DNA from: Salpingoeca rosetta
Lineage: Eukaryota > Protista > Choanoflagellata
Direction: 5' to 3'
NCBI GenBank assembly: GCA_033442325.1
Contig: JAWQFM010000006.1
Span: 39,771 to 103,770 of the forward strand
Length of the DNA: 64,000 nt
Position numbers and translations under genes: made by a program. This document shows positions 38,011 through 55,362 of the stretch, in pieces; the first letter of the stretch is position 1; the number at the start of each line of letters is the position of its first letter. Under the pieces are notes generated by a model. It did no database searches. It saw only the letters and a program-made list of their open reading frames with translations, and had not been told where the DNA came from.

Positions 38011-38878
38011 TCACAACTCATCGTCGTCATCGTCCTCGAATGTGACAAAGGGAAGATCAGACACGAGTCGTAGCCGCATGCTCTCCTGTCAGAGGGGCGT
38101 GTGTGCGCAATGAAATATGTGTGTGCGGTGTTGTGACAGCAATTCAACGATACGAAACACGGGTAAAGCCCACATGATGCAAGCTTTGACGCAGACAGAC
38201 TGAGGCAGCCAGAGAGACAAGCAGGCGAGCAGACAGACAGCGCGGGCAGGTAGGCACATAGATAGACAAACAGACACGGATTCACAGGCAGACACACACA
38301 CAGGCAGACAGACAGACACACACACACACAGACACACAGACAGACAGACACACACACACAGACAGACAGACAGACACAAACACACACACACAAACACACA
38401 CACGCACGCACACACGCACGCACGCACCGGCTGGGAAGAGGTTGGCAGCTTGAGTTCCGAGTGGTGCGCAGGCAGGGGATACGAGAAGAAGTACGGGTGC
38501 ACCAGTGCCTGGTGGCGCAAACAGAAAAGAGGTGACGTGGTCAACGTGTTGATGAGGGCAAGTATTGCCACAAGCTCGCGCGCGTGTGCATCCATATGCG
38601 TGTGTATACACGCACGTGTGTCGTCACCTTTGCGGCAGGAAGACGGCGGGAGGACGAGTAGACGAGGAATTGCGAGCACAGGTTGATGGCCTGAAAACAA
38701 GGACAGGAACGCGTGCAATGGTGGTGAAATGGGGGCGTCAGGCGTCAGAACTGCGAGGAAAGCCAAAGACCAGTGCAAACACAACTGCACACGAAAACAA
38801 ACAAACAAACAAACAAACAAACAAACAAACAAACAAACAAAACAAACAAGCAAACAAACAAACAAACAAACAAACAAA

Positions 38879-38954
<76 letters not shown>

Positions 38955-41256
38955 CGCACGTCCTGCGTTGCGTCGGGGAGGATTTCGTGCATGGGCTGGG
39001 GGTCTGTGGGATCAAAGTTGATCTTTGCAAAATCGGGAAGCGAGTCGAGTTCCTGCAGACACACTCGCAGCGGCGGCGGAAGCAATCATAGCAATGACGT
39101 GAGATGACCTACCACCCACACACATTTGTGTGAATGTGGACGCATCGTGTGCACAGATGAGCTGAATGCAAAGAGCACAGCGTTAAGAGAGGGGAGGGGG
39201 AAGGAAAGTAGCGTGCACCACGTTACCGGCCAGTCTTGTCGTGTGGGCGTTCCAAGGGCCTGGATGACACAGGAGAGCTGGTCAATGTCGTTCTCGCCCT
39301 AAGGGGTTGGAGATTGGGAATAGGAGCGTGAGGTACGTGTGTGAGAAGAGACGGGGGCACGCAAGCAAGCATGTGGGCAGGGTTGGTAGATGAAAAGTCG
39401 GTCATAAACGCAGGCAGGCGACGGAGATCGAAGGCGGCTCTGCACACGAGACACACTATGCAAGCAAGCACACACACACACCAACTATATGCATACACAC
39501 ACCAACTACATGCATACACACACCAACCATATGCATACACACCGGAAACAGGGGCGAGTTGTTGAGGAGCTCTCCAAAGATGCAGCCGACGGCCCTTGAG
39601 ACGGCAGGCAGAAACAACAAGTGGTGCACGCGGCAGTGAGGAAGGTGTCCTGGCTGGTGTGTGTGGGGGGGGTCGAGGCAGAAGCCAACGCTCACATGCA
39701 ATGATGAATACACACCAGATGTCAACGCCAAAGTCGTAGACGCGTGCCCCATACAGCAGCTCTGGAGCACGGTACCACCTGGCAAGAGAGAGAGTGTGTG
39801 TGTGAGAGTGAGAGAGAGAGAGTGTGTGTGTGTGTGTGTGAGTGAGTGAGTGAGAGAGTGTGTGAGTGAGAGTGTGTGTGAGTGAGTGTGTGTGTGAGTG
39901 AGTGTGCGTGTGTGTGAAAGAGAGAGCGAGTGAGTGAGTGAGAGTGAGTGAGCGAGCGAGTGAGTGAGAGTGTGCGTGCGTGAGTGAGTGGACAAACACG
40001 GCGCGTGTGCGAGTGAGTGCATAAACGTGATGCGCGTGCGTGCTTGTTCATTGCCGTGATACCTCGTGGCCACCTGGTGGCTCATTGGTCTTGCTTCATC
40101 GTACACGCGCGCAAGCCCAAAGTCGGCAATCTTCAACTGCCCAGTCGCGCTGATGAGTAGGTTTGCAGGCTTGAGGTCCTGTTGACGTGTGCGTGTGCGG
40201 ATGTGAAGTGAGAGATTGGACAGTGTGCAACGTCGAGCTCTAACAGAGGCGTGCAGGAATGCGATCTCGCCCACACAGCCACACTGGCTCTACGTCGCAC
40301 CCACATTCACGTACGCACAATAGCACACAATCTCACACCCACACCCACCAACAACAAACAATCTCTCTCTCTCTCACCCACACACACTCACACACACCCA
40401 CACACACCCACACCCACACCCACACCCACACCCACACCCACACCCACCCACCCCCCCCCCCCACACCACACACACACCCACGACAGACATACACATTGAC
40501 AGATAGAGGTGGAGTTGGACAAATAAACGCCCGAGAGAAGGAAGGACATTACGGCTCACTGGCGATGGCGATAGAGGAAAGTTCTGGCCTTGTGGGAACG
40601 GCGAGAGATCACTGGCCTGTNNNNNNNNNNNNNNNNNNNNNNNNNNNNNNNNNNNNNNNNNNNNNNNNNNNNNNNNNNNNNNNNNNNNNNNNNNNNNNNN
40701 NNNNNNNNNNNNNNNNNNNNACGTCCACCCCCCACAACAAAAAAAAATTTTTTTTTTTTTTTTCACCCAACACATTAAAAAAAACCAAAAAACCAAAACC
40801 CAAACCAAAACCAACACCAAAACCAAAACCCACCACCCCCCCCCCCCCCCCACACCCACACACACCCACACACACACTAACGCGATGGACGATGGCGTGG
40901 GAGTGGCAAAAGTCAACGCCGGAGAGAAGCATGGACATGTAGCGCTTGACGTGTGGAGCGGAGAGCGGAAGGTTCTGCCCTTGAAGGACACGGGCGAGAT
41001 CGCTGGCCATGTACTCGAAGCACAGCATGATGCCCATGCCGGACGGAAACACGTCGTGCAGCGTGACGACGTTCTTGTGCGTGAGCTGGCACAGGGCGCG
41101 GATCTCGCGGATGACCTGGGTTGGGATGCCATCGTCCAGGCGGGCCAGCGTCACCTTCTTCAACGCCACGCGCTGCCCGCTTGCCAGGTGGACGCCAAGA
41201 AACACAACCCCGTGGGCACCTTCCCCAACGCGCCGTTCAATCCGATAGTTGTCCAT
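38011..41256 (-). CDS. CDK20: Cyclin-dependent kinase 20 (CCRK/LF2-like)
   Basis: MDNYRIERRVGEGAHGVVF..VALKKV..GIPTQVIREI, HRDLKPANLLI, DFGLAR, SHQVATRWYRAPELLYGAR, ELLNNSPLFPGENDIDQL, LPDFAKINF, YFFSYPLPAHHSEL. Last exon ESMRLRLVSDLPFVTFEDDDDDEL* (less certain). Confidence 0.93.
38796..38950 (+). repeat. Compound (AAAC)n-(CA)n microsatellite (similar array at 46380-46475)
   Basis: Directly visible in CDK20 and RPB5 introns. Confidence 0.9.
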
Positions 41257-41532
41257 CCCGTACCATCCATCACCACAACAGCAACAGCTGTTGTTCTGTT
41301 TTGTTTGTGCGTTGTCAGCGTTGTTTTTCTAATTTTTTACACCATCGCGGATGATTCGATGCGCCATTAACATCGCTTACACACGAGAACAAGAACAAGA
41401 ACCAGTGTTGTTGGCGAACCACGACCTCACACGCAGACACACCACCGTGCATCCATCCATCCATCCATCCGTCCATCCGTCCATCCATCGTGCATCCATC
41501 CATCTACATAACACCACGAGAGCACCGACATC

Positions 41533-43161
41533 ATGGATGGTGGAGCGAGTCAGAAGCAGCAGGAGGAGAAGGCCAAGGCTGCCGCGCCCGTGGGTGCTGG
41601 CGGGCAGCGTGAATCAGCAGCAGCAGCAGCAAAAAAGGGGAAGGGCGGTGATGAGAAGCCCAGGGAGGCCAAGAAGGCACAGAAGCAGGAGCAGGGAGGC
41701 AACAAAGGAGGGAAGAAGCAGCAAAAGGGAAAGCAAGGAAGGAAGGGCGATGGAAACAGCGGTGACGGCGGTCACCAGGGCGCCGGCAAAGGCGCAGCAA
41801 AACAGAAGAAGGCAGGCAACAAGCACAAGAAGGTTCAAAGTCAACATGCAACGCGCAAGTGTATCCAGCACCTGCGTGTGCATGTGTGCATGTATCTGTA
41901 TGTATTTGTATGTATTTGTGCATGTGTGTGTATGTATTTGTGTATGTGTGTATGTATTTTTGCATGTGTGTGGATGGCCATCTCTCTCTCTTTTCTCTCT
42001 GTCTTTGTCTCAGACACATACACGCACACACACACACACAACGCACGCACGCACACACACACACACAACGCACGCACGCACACACACACACACAACGTAC
42101 GCACGCACACACACACACACACGTACACAACACGCTCTTCCCCGCACATGATCGTCTTCTCACACGTTCCTCCATCTTCCACCCATCCTCACACCACCAC
42201 CAACACGCCTTTCTCGTGCGCAGGCTGCGAAAAAGAAGGGCCCCGTGATCAAGCGCCAGGTTGACCTGTTCTCCCATCTCAAGCAGCCCGACCACGCGCA
42301 TCCGCTTTCACATCACAGCAAGTGAGCAGCAGTCTGGTTTGCCACACTTCACCCCACTTTGCTTTATCCTGAGCTGAGAACATGGCCCCACAACCCTCAC
42401 GCCTGTCGTCTGTTTGTGGGGGTTTGCAGCCGCGAGCAACGCAAGCTGCCCGAGCCCATCCTGGAGATTGGCGTGCGCATGGCCCGTGAGCAGGTCACCG
42501 ACCCCGACGAGCGCTGCATCCTCCTCCTCCTCGCCCTCAAGGTGCGGCTCCCTTGCAGTGGGACAACACCACACACACACACACACATACAGTGGAACAA
42601 TTGCCCTTTGTTTTGATATGGGCGGCCAATGCGTCTTTGTGCTCTGGCAACGGCACCCCCCCCCCACACACACTCACACACACACCCACTCACTCACTCA
42701 CTCACACACACGCACACTCACTCACACACACGCACACTCACTCACACACACGCACACTCACTCACTCACACANNNNNNNNNNNNNNNNNNNNNNNNNNNN
42801 NNNNNNNNNNNNNNNNNNNNNNNNNNNNNNNNNNNNNNNNNNNNNNNNNNNNNNNNNNNNNNNNNNNNNNNNNNNNNNNNNNNNNNNNNNNNNNNNNNNN
42901 NNNNNNNNNNNNNNNNNNNNNNNNNNNNNNNNNNNNNNNNNNNNNNNNNNNNNNNNNNNNNNNNNNNNNNNNNNNNNNNNNNNNNNNNNNNNNNNNNNNN
43001 NNNNNNNNNNNNNNNNNNNNNNNNNNNNNNNNNNNNNNNNNNNNNNNNNNNNNNNNNNNNNNNNNNNNNNNNNNNNNNNNNNNNNNNNNNNNNNNNNNNN
43101 NNNNNNNNNNNNNNNNNNNNNNNNNNNNNNNNNNNNNNNNNNNNNNNNNNACGACGACGAC

Positions 43162-43254
<93 letters not shown>

Positions 43255-43809
43255 CGTGCACTTGGCACCGATCCCTCACTCCTCCTCCTCCTCCTCCTCT
43301 TCTTCTTCTCTCCCCACTGGGCGCTGCAGGTCCCCACTGATCACGCGTGTGCTGTACACGGCGTTCTGCGAGAAGGAAATTGACTTCCGCGTTGTTGTCA
43401 TTGACTCGCGCCCGTATCTGCCCGGACGGGAGCAGGTGAAGAGCCTTGCCCTCCACGGCATCCCCTGCGAGTACACACTCCTCTCAAGCGTCTCCTACGC
43501 CATGCGCGCGGTACGTGTGCTGTACGCCGTGGCGTGGTGTGGCGTGTGGTGTGCTGGGGTGATGTGATGTGTGTGTGTGTGTGATTGAGGTGACGATGTG
43601 TGTGTGCGTGCGTGATGTGACGTGTGATGTGTGTGTCTGTCTGTCTGTCCCTTTGATGCTAATTGCCAACACCCCGCATTTCTGTTTCTCCGACTGCAGG
43701 CAACGAAGGTGTTCCTCGGGGCGCACAGCATGATGTCAAATGGGTGCGAACACACACGCACACACATGTACACATGTTCTCACCTGCGCATACGCGCACA
43801 AACCATCAG

Positions 43810-43844
<35 letters not shown>

Positions 43845-44872
43845 TGCATCTCATGCGTCTGTCCTTTTGTGTGTGCGTGCATGTCAGCAATCTTGTGGCG
43901 AGTGCGGGAACGGCGCAGGTTGCAAACACAGCGTCCTTCTTCAACGTCCCCGTCATCGTGTGCTGTGAAGCATACAAGGTGTTGTCCCTTCACTCCTCCC
44001 CTAAACGCTGCTACCTTGCCACCCATCTCCCGATCAACGAATGAACAGCACTCCAACTCGCTGGTTCTCTTTATTGTTGTTGCGCTCACATGTGTGTGTG
44101 TTTGTTCTTTGGTGCCACTCGCCAGTTCTCAAGCGATATGCAGGCCGATTCCTTCGTCCACAACGAGCTTGGTGCGTCTTCCTTGTTTGCATGTGTTCGC
44201 ATGGCCAAACTTGATTTTGCTTCCATAAGCCGCTCACCCCTGCCACCACCACCACCGCCATACTTGTCACGGCGGTGTGCAGGGGACCCCGACGATCTGC
44301 TGAACCTCCGCGGCGGATTCGAGTCGTCGCTCAAGAACTGGATGGACATCAAGGACATTAAGCTCCTCAACCTCGGTAACACACACACGCACTTGTCACA
44401 TGCATATTCACACACGGATGCACTCCGCTACACTACACGACACTACACGACACTACACGACACGACACGACACACCGCTCACCTCGACCCCGATCCTCCC
44501 CCTCCCCCCTTCCCTTTAGCGCGAGATGTGACGCCGGCAAAATACATTGACGTGCTCGTCACAGACTACGGCCTCGTCCCGCCATTCTCAAGTCAGTCGT
44601 GGCTCCCACACCCACCACCCTCGCCTCCCTGGACACACATGCATGCACAGTTTGCACGTTGTGTGTGTTGCTGGCATTGGAGTGCCCAGAGGCTGTGGTG
44701 TGCGCTTGCACCGGCTTCACTTGCACCGGCTTCAATTGCACTGTGCATGCATTTCATTCATTCATTCATTCATTCACACACACACACACACACACATTCA
44801 CATACTTTCGTGCTTGCCACCACAGGTACTGCTGTGCTGCGAAAGAGCGACAGCAAGTTTGACCAAGCGTGA
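41533..44872 (+). CDS. EIF2B4: Translation initiation factor eIF2B subunit delta (internal exons hidden by N-gap 42773-43150)
   Basis: K/G-rich N-terminus, VDLFSHLKQ, FRVVVIDSRPYLPG, TKVFLGAHSMMSNG, GTAQVA, NVPVIVCCEAYKF, SFVHNELGDPDDL, LLNL..DVTP..VTDYGLVPP. Confidence 0.92.
42773..43150. other. Assembly gap (others at 5057-5156, 8189-8288, 30272-30371, 40621-40720)
   Basis: Runs of N, each abutting microsatellite or low-complexity sequence. Confidence 0.99.
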
Positions 44873-45423
44873 GTGCCATCCAAAGCGACGACAGTGCGAT
44901 GGCATTTTGTGGCGACGCTATGGTGCGGGCAGAGAAGGAACGAGCACAGCTGCACGACACGCTGGTTCTGTTTCAACGTGGGCTGCAGGCGTTGCGTTGA
45001 GACACAGACTCGCTTTCCCTGCTGTTGGTGCTCGTACTGTTCTGCTGCGCGATGTAAGCGTTTGTGAATGACTTTGTTGTTGTTGGCTGGTGTTGGTGCG
45101 CGCCAGTCCATGCGGTGAATAAAGCATATGGATCTCCATCCCAGGATCCGCCACAGATGGCACGCATAGCCGCAGAGAGGGTAGAGAACAAACAGGAGAG
45201 AGACTGTGTGAGGACGCACGCACGCACGCACACACACACACACACTCACACTCACACGCATATGCACATCGTTGGTAACTGGGAGCTTGTGTATTCGAGG
45301 CTTATGTGCAAGGGGGCGAAAGGAAACAAAGTAACAGACACGGGGCACCAACACGAGAGCAAGCAGCAGCAGCAGCAAGCAGCAGCAGCAGAGGCAGCCA
45401 AGGCGGGGGTGGGGGAGAGACAG

Positions 45424-45772
45424 TTAGATTTCGCGCATGACGATTCGGTATGTGACGTAGCGGCCAGCCGTCTCGCTCGTGCGCGTGATGCGGACCACCT
45501 GATGAAGATGATGATGATGCAGCAGCAGCAGTTGGGCGAGTGTAGAAGGGGAGGGGAGGCGTAAGGTCATGGAGGAAGAGGGGTGCATCGTGCCAAGGGA
45601 CAGACGGACGGACGGACGGACGGACAGACAGACGGACGGACGGACATACACACGCACACACACACACAAACACACAAACACACAGACAGACAGACAGACA
45701 CAGACACACACAGACACAGACACAGACACAGACACAGACACACAGACACACAGACACACACAGACACACACA

Positions 45773-45821
<49 letters not shown>

Positions 45822-46085
45822 CCTGTCCGTGGCTGAGGCCAAAGTAGCGTGCGATGGGGTCGACCTCCTGCATGATGGGAAGCTTGTCGGGCGTGATGGA
45901 GTACCGGTCAAGCAGCTGCTGCTTCTCCGCCTCCGTCAACACGTCGTGTTTTGGCACCAACTGCAACCCAACGACGAGTGGCAAATGACTGCAGGTGTGA
46001 ACCAATGTAGCACAGCACCCAAGAAGTTCCTGACCACACCCACACCCACACCCACACCCACACCCACACTCACACACCCACACCC

Positions 46086-46178
<93 letters not shown>

Positions 46179-46638
46179 GGCACTTACGCGGTGGCGGGTG
46201 ACGTTAATGGCCAGCTCTGCCTCTGTGAAGACCTCAAACACAAACCCGCTATCCTTCAGTACCTCCATCGCCTGTCGACAACACACACGCAGAGTTGGCA
46301 CATCGCGTTAAGGTCACGCAAGTGAACGCAAGACATACACACACGCACACATCAGAGACTGGAGATACACGAAGACACAAACACACAAACAAACAAACAA
46401 ACAAACAAACAAACAAACAAACAAACAAACAAACAAACAAACAAACAAACAAACAAACACACACACACACACACCTTCCGTGCTGCGCCAGCCAGTTTGC
46501 CTCTGTAAACAATGATGACTCGCTTGGAGTTTTCCTTTGTGATCCTCTCGTGCAAGCTGCAAACAATGACACGCACAACATTGTGTCAACGCGGGTGCAT
46601 CCAGGTGTTTGGTAGGGGTGAAGGCGAATTCGCATGAG

Positions 46639-46713
<75 letters not shown>

Positions 46714-47682
46714 AACCCCACGTACCTTTTGATGAGAACTGTTGACACATCTGGCTCCACTGGGAAGTACACCAGCAACTGATCTGTAGCGTTGCGTGTT
46801 CGGTGCATTGGTGGAAAGGTGAGTGTTGCAGCCCAGAGACGGCACATTGCACACAAGGGTCTGTGTGTTGTCACACAGCTTCACACACACATACACAAGC
46901 ACGTGTGTGTCTGCACCTCCAAATTCTCTCGCACACACATGTACACACCTGTTGGGTCGCCAGAGTCCTTGCGCACGTAGTAGGACAGCTCCCTTCTGCG
47001 CTCTGGCGTTTGAGCACTGTAGTGATCAGTTCCCAAGCGGCGCAAGAAGAGAAACAACAAACCGTCAGCGCGCATGCATAATCACGGCAGTGAAAGTGAG
47101 CCCATTGCTTTGCCTGTGATGCCATGTGCAGTTGAAGAAGCCAACTACCCGCCTTCCACCGTCATCACATGCCCACCTCCCACACAGAACAATCACACGT
47201 TCTGTGCGTGCGTACATGCGTGTGTGTGCATGCGTGTGCGTGCGTGCGTGCGTGTGTGTGTGTGTGTGCTTCCTCCTCCTGCTCCTCCTCCTACTTGCGC
47301 GCGCGCACATGCAACACACACACACACTCTCTCTCTCTGTCTCATACACACACATCTCTGACCTGATTTTGTCGCCGTGCATCTCCTCCCACCGATCATA
47401 GGGCATCTCCATCATGTCTTGTGTCACGAGGTACCCGCGGTCATGGCACATCTGCCAATCGAACGTACGTGCACATGTATGAACGCGCGTCATCCGCATC
47501 GACGCCAAAGTCGCACGCATCCAGATTTGCACGAAGAACTTGATACGCCATCCATCACGCAACACCACCACCACCACCACCAACAGCAGTAAAAACCAGC
47601 AGCAGCACAACAAATCCTTTAGACGCACCTGCTTCGAGACGACCCATGCCTTGTACACCTTGAACCGGTCCCAATAGTTCAT
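45424..47682 (-). CDS. POLR2E: DNA-directed RNA polymerases I/II/III subunit RPB5
   Basis: [88 protein letters not shown]. Confidence 0.96.
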
Positions 47683-47719
47683 GGCTGATGTGCTCTGTGT
47701 GTGTGTGTGTGTGTGTGTG

Positions 47720-47786
<67 letters not shown>

Positions 47787-47940
47787 CTGTGTCAACCGCT
47801 GTGCTGCGTTCGCTGCGCTGACGTTGGCTGTATCTGCTGTGTGCTTTGTCGTTCACTTGAAAATTGCCGACTCAGCAAAACCAGATTATTGATGCAAATC
47901 TTTCACGGATTGTCCTCTCGCTGCACGTGAGGTGACGGGC

Positions 47941-47959
47941 GCTGCCTTTTTCCTTCTCT
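47941..47959 (+). promoter_or_regulatory. TCT initiator / 5'TOP pyrimidine tract of RPL24
   Basis: GCTGCCTTTTTCCTTCTCT about 60 nt upstream of the ATG; the same 12-mer lies upstream of RPL23A. Confidence 0.7.
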
Positions 47960-48009
47960 GTTGCTGCACCAACACCGACCACCCATCAACAACACACACA
48001 AGACCAGCC

Positions 48010-49536
48010 ATGAAGTGAGTCGGCGTGCGCGCCTGCTGGTGCATGTGCGAATATGAGAGTGCGTGTGGTGCGGGTGCGGGAGTGCGTGTGGTGCGGGTGC
48101 GGGAGTGCGTGCGTGTGATGCGGGTGGGCAAGTGTGAGGTGTGCGAGGCAAGCCAGTGTGCGAGGCAAGCCAGTGCACGCAACAGCACCAGCCAGCACCA
48201 GCGTCACCCACCACACCACGCACGCATGCTCGCGCAGCCTCAGCACACGAGCAGCACACGAGCAGCACGCAAGCAGCAGCGACAGCACTGGCAGCAGGGC
48301 GATGCCAGACGTTGCAGGTGCTCCCAATGCCGCCAGTGATGAGAGCGCGCAGCTGAACCCAACAGCAGAATAACAAGCCCTGTACCACTTCCAGTCATCA
48401 CCTTGCACTCACACTCACTGTTGCCGTGTCATCATCATCATCATCACCAACAACCATGGTCACAGGCTTGAGCTGTGCAGCTTCTCCGGGTACAAGATCC
48501 ACCCTGGCCACGGCCGTACCCTGGTCAAGGCCGATGGTGCGTTTGGAAACGCGCGTGTGCTGGTGTTTGTGGGGTGTCGATGGATTGGGCGCAGCGCCGT
48601 GTGTGCTTCCAACAAACATTTATGCAGGCATTCATCCACACTGTCTGTGCCATCCGCCAACTCCATCGTTTGTCAACACACCTTTCTTGCTCTGACTACC
48701 AACAAACACAACAGGCAAGACCTTCTTCTTCCTCGGCTCCAAGGTTGAGTCACTCTTCTACCAGCGCAAGAACCCCCGCAAGATTGCCTGGACCGTAAGT
48801 TGGCGTTCATTCGCTCTTTCTTGTCCTGCTTGCTCGTCTTTTGAGTGAGGCAATAAGCACTCCTCTGGGGTTGCTAGAACACCTGGATCACACACACAAC
48901 ACACATGCTGGATGTGGTGTCCCTCTTCCCTCTCCTTGGCGTGCTTGCGTTCTTTCTTTTTTGTCTCATTCCACCACATCCGTTTCGTGTTGCATCCGTT
49001 CATCGTGTGTAGGTGCTGTACCGCCGTAAGCACAAGAAGGGTATTGCCACCACCACAACCAAGCGCCGCACCCGCCGCACTCAGAAGTTCACCCGCTCCA
49101 TTGAGGCAAGTCATGCGTTGTTGTTGTGTTGTGCGCGCACGTGGTTTTGATTTTGTCACTGGAATCGAGCATTGCCATGTTGCAGCTCGAGTTCAGAGGG
49201 AGAAGGGGGGGGGGGGAGAAAATGTGTGCATACGTTTATGTGTGTGTATGTGCATATTCGTGAGTCCATGTACGTGTGCACATTTGTTAGTCTGTGTGTG
49301 TACTTGTGTGCGTGTGTGCGTGCGCTTACCCGAAGAGCGCATACGTTGTGCCAGTCACTTCGCCCACACTCCACACTCCTCTCAGCTGCGAGTCTCACAC
49401 CGCTGCGATCACCAATCAAATACAGGGTCTCAGCAAGGAGCGCATCCTTGAGCTGAAGAACCAGTCTAAGGTCCAGCGCCAGGCCGCTCGCCAGCAGACG
49501 GCACGGAAGGCACGCGCCAAGAAGCAGGGCAAGTAA
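48010..49536 (+). CDS. RPL24: 60S ribosomal protein eL24 (5 coding exons; not seen by the ORF track)
   Basis: MK|LELCSFSGYKIHPGHGRTLVKADG|KTFFFLGSKVESLFYQRKNPRKIAWT|VLYRRKHKKGIATTTTKRRTRRTQKFTRSIE|GLSKERILELKNQSKVQRQAARQQ..*. Confidence 0.96.
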
Positions 49537-50298
49537 ACGCAACTGCCGCATCAGTGTTAAAACGAGAAGCATAGCTGCGTCGCAACCCCTTTCTCTCCAG
49601 TTTGGCCACGATGTACATGCACTGGCCAGGTGGAGCTGACATGGCTGTGGCGCTGTGGCTCTCCGATTAATCGAGTGGTCCTTGTGTTTGTGTTTGCATC
49701 GCTATGTTTGTGCCTGCCTTGCCTGCTGCTTCTGTGTTCGGTCGATTCGCATGTGTCGTGTGGTGGCGATGGACGTTGTTGCTGCACGCACTGTTTGTTG
49801 TTGGTGGGGGCTGACGACGAGCCAACGGTGTATAAAACACATCCACCATACACATCAGCAACGGCAGCATAGCATAAGCGAATGAGCGATTAGGGGCGCG
49901 TTAACCGGGGGGGGGGGGTGTCGATGTGGCTGTGTGTGTTTTGGAGGGGGGCGAGATATGAAAGACAGACGAAGCGAGGGTGTCTCATGTCACATGACAG
50001 CTGGGGATGTTCTTGTTTATGAGTTTGGGAAAAGAGTTGCGTAGCTTTGCGTACGGCAAGTTTACATACAACACGACACACAAACAGCAAAGAGACATGC
50101 CATGTCAACGCATGCAGGGACATGACCCACGCAGGGGCACATGACAGGTGCAGAAGACGCATCATGTCCTTGTCACATCATGGCGCAGGCACAAGCAACA
50201 ACGACGACAAAGGGAGCAAATCAAAACCTATAATAGTAGCGGGAGTCATCGTTCTCCTAATCCAGCCATCACACACACAGCTCGATTGCACAAGAGTG

Positions 50299-53672
<3,374 letters not shown>

Positions 53673-53779
53673 CGTCGTCGTTGTTGGTTGGCTCTTGTCG
53701 CTTGTGCGAATGCGGCTGCTTTTTATGCTGTCGTAAATTACACGGCCGTTGAAACGAAACACAACGACTGTTGTGGAAG
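53673..53779. promoter_or_regulatory. Minimal bidirectional promoter BDP1/GCP2
   Basis: Only 107 bp between the inferred divergent ATGs. Confidence 0.55.
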
Positions 53780-54037
53780 ATGAGCAGCGTGAGCAGTGCG
53801 CTGCCTGTGCGGCAGCAGGCGCAGCGAGCACAACAAGGATCCACTGTTGTCGGCAGGCGGATCGGCGCAGCAGTAACAAAGGTACAGCGTGGACACTGTG
53901 CGTTGTGGGGGAGGGGGCGCAAGGATACTCAGTGGACTGTGGAGTGTTAAGGGAAGGGAAATCAGAGCACACTCGAATTCACGCACACTGTGTCTCGCAC
54001 TTACATGCATACATACGTACACACTGTCTCATACACA

Positions 54038-54128
<91 letters not shown>

Positions 54129-54512
54129 ACAACTCTGGGGTTGTCAACTTGTCCCAGTTGCCACAGGATATGCAGGAGCAAGCCATCCTCAACGACCTTC
54201 TCTTCGTGCTCCTGGTGCGCGTGACGCTCCTCGCAGTGCCATGCTTTGATGCTTTGTGTGTGCCTCCCTCTGTCTCCTCCCACACACAAACACACACATA
54301 CACACACATGCCTGTGCTCGTGCTTGCTTTGTGGCAGAACGTCACCGGAACCTACATTGCGGCGCGGCGCGATGAAACCACACGTGCCATCAAGTTGATC
54401 CCTCCACCCGGCCTAGGTGAGATGTCAACTTGCATGCAGTCGCACCTTGATACTCGTGTCTCCATGAGCGATCACTCACTGCTTGCGCGCGTGTGTGTGT
54501 ACTGTAAACGCA

Positions 54513-54543
<31 letters not shown>

Positions 54544-55324
54544 TCTTCAGATCCCCAGCTGAAGCGGATGGTCGAACGCATCCTGCCGTGCTGCGCCGAC
54601 TTTGCCACAGTCTCCCGCTTCATCGCAGGTGCGTGTTGTGTGTATGCGCATGTGCGTACACGTGTGTGCGTGTTGTGTGTGTGTGCGTATTCATGTATTG
54701 CAAGTACTGTTCCTGTGTTGCCAGTGCAAGTGCTGTTTGCGTGGTTACAAGTGAAAGAACCACATGTTCCTTAAGTACACCGCGCTTTGTATTCACTGCT
54801 CCGCGGGGCTTCTGCCTGTTGTCTACCCGCCACCATCACCTCCTCAGCCGCTGAGACGCCTGGTGAAAGTCGCGTGAACCAGGCGCTGGCGGAGGGGCTG
54901 CGTGATATCACCAAGGACTACTACCTCCTCATTGCACAGCTCGAGCACCAGCTCTACTCGGTTCGCGCATGTGTGTGTGTGTGTGTGTCTGTGTCTGTGC
55001 GTCTGTTTGTGACTCTGTGTCTTTGTGTATTTTGTGTGTGCGTGTTTGCATGGTGCGCATGTATGTGTGTGCATATGCATGCACATGCGTGCGCGTGTGT
55101 GTACGTGCTGTGCTTCTTATCCAAGCCAAAATGCTTCACGTGCATGCACACACGCTCACCGCTGGGTACTTCTGCTGTGATGCACCCCGACTGCAACACA
55201 GGGGAACCTTACGCTGCAAAAGCTGCAGTTTTGCCTGCAACCAACACATTTTGTCATGGAAAAGCTATCATCCATTTGCTTGCAGCTCCTTCAGGTGCAC
55301 AGAGACAAAGCGTACTTGCTTTGC

Positions 55325-55362
<38 letters not shown>

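Noticed and set aside
40501-40620. Degenerate copy of CDK20 exon 1 3' end (..GQNFPLS..) resembling a pseudo-exon duplication
   Set aside because: Abuts an N-gap and differs from 40881-41010 by scattered indels typical of a low-quality read tail; likely assembly artefact.
47892-47899. Octamer ATGCAAAT in the RPB5/RPL24 spacer
   Set aside because: Single 8-mer; POU factors are regarded as animal-specific; chance likely.
48330-48420. Possible intronic C/D snoRNA in RPL24 intron 1 (GTGATGA box); other RPL24/RPL23A introns also scanned
   Set aside because: No terminal CTGA with closing stem and no recognisable rRNA guide; needs snoscan/Infernal.
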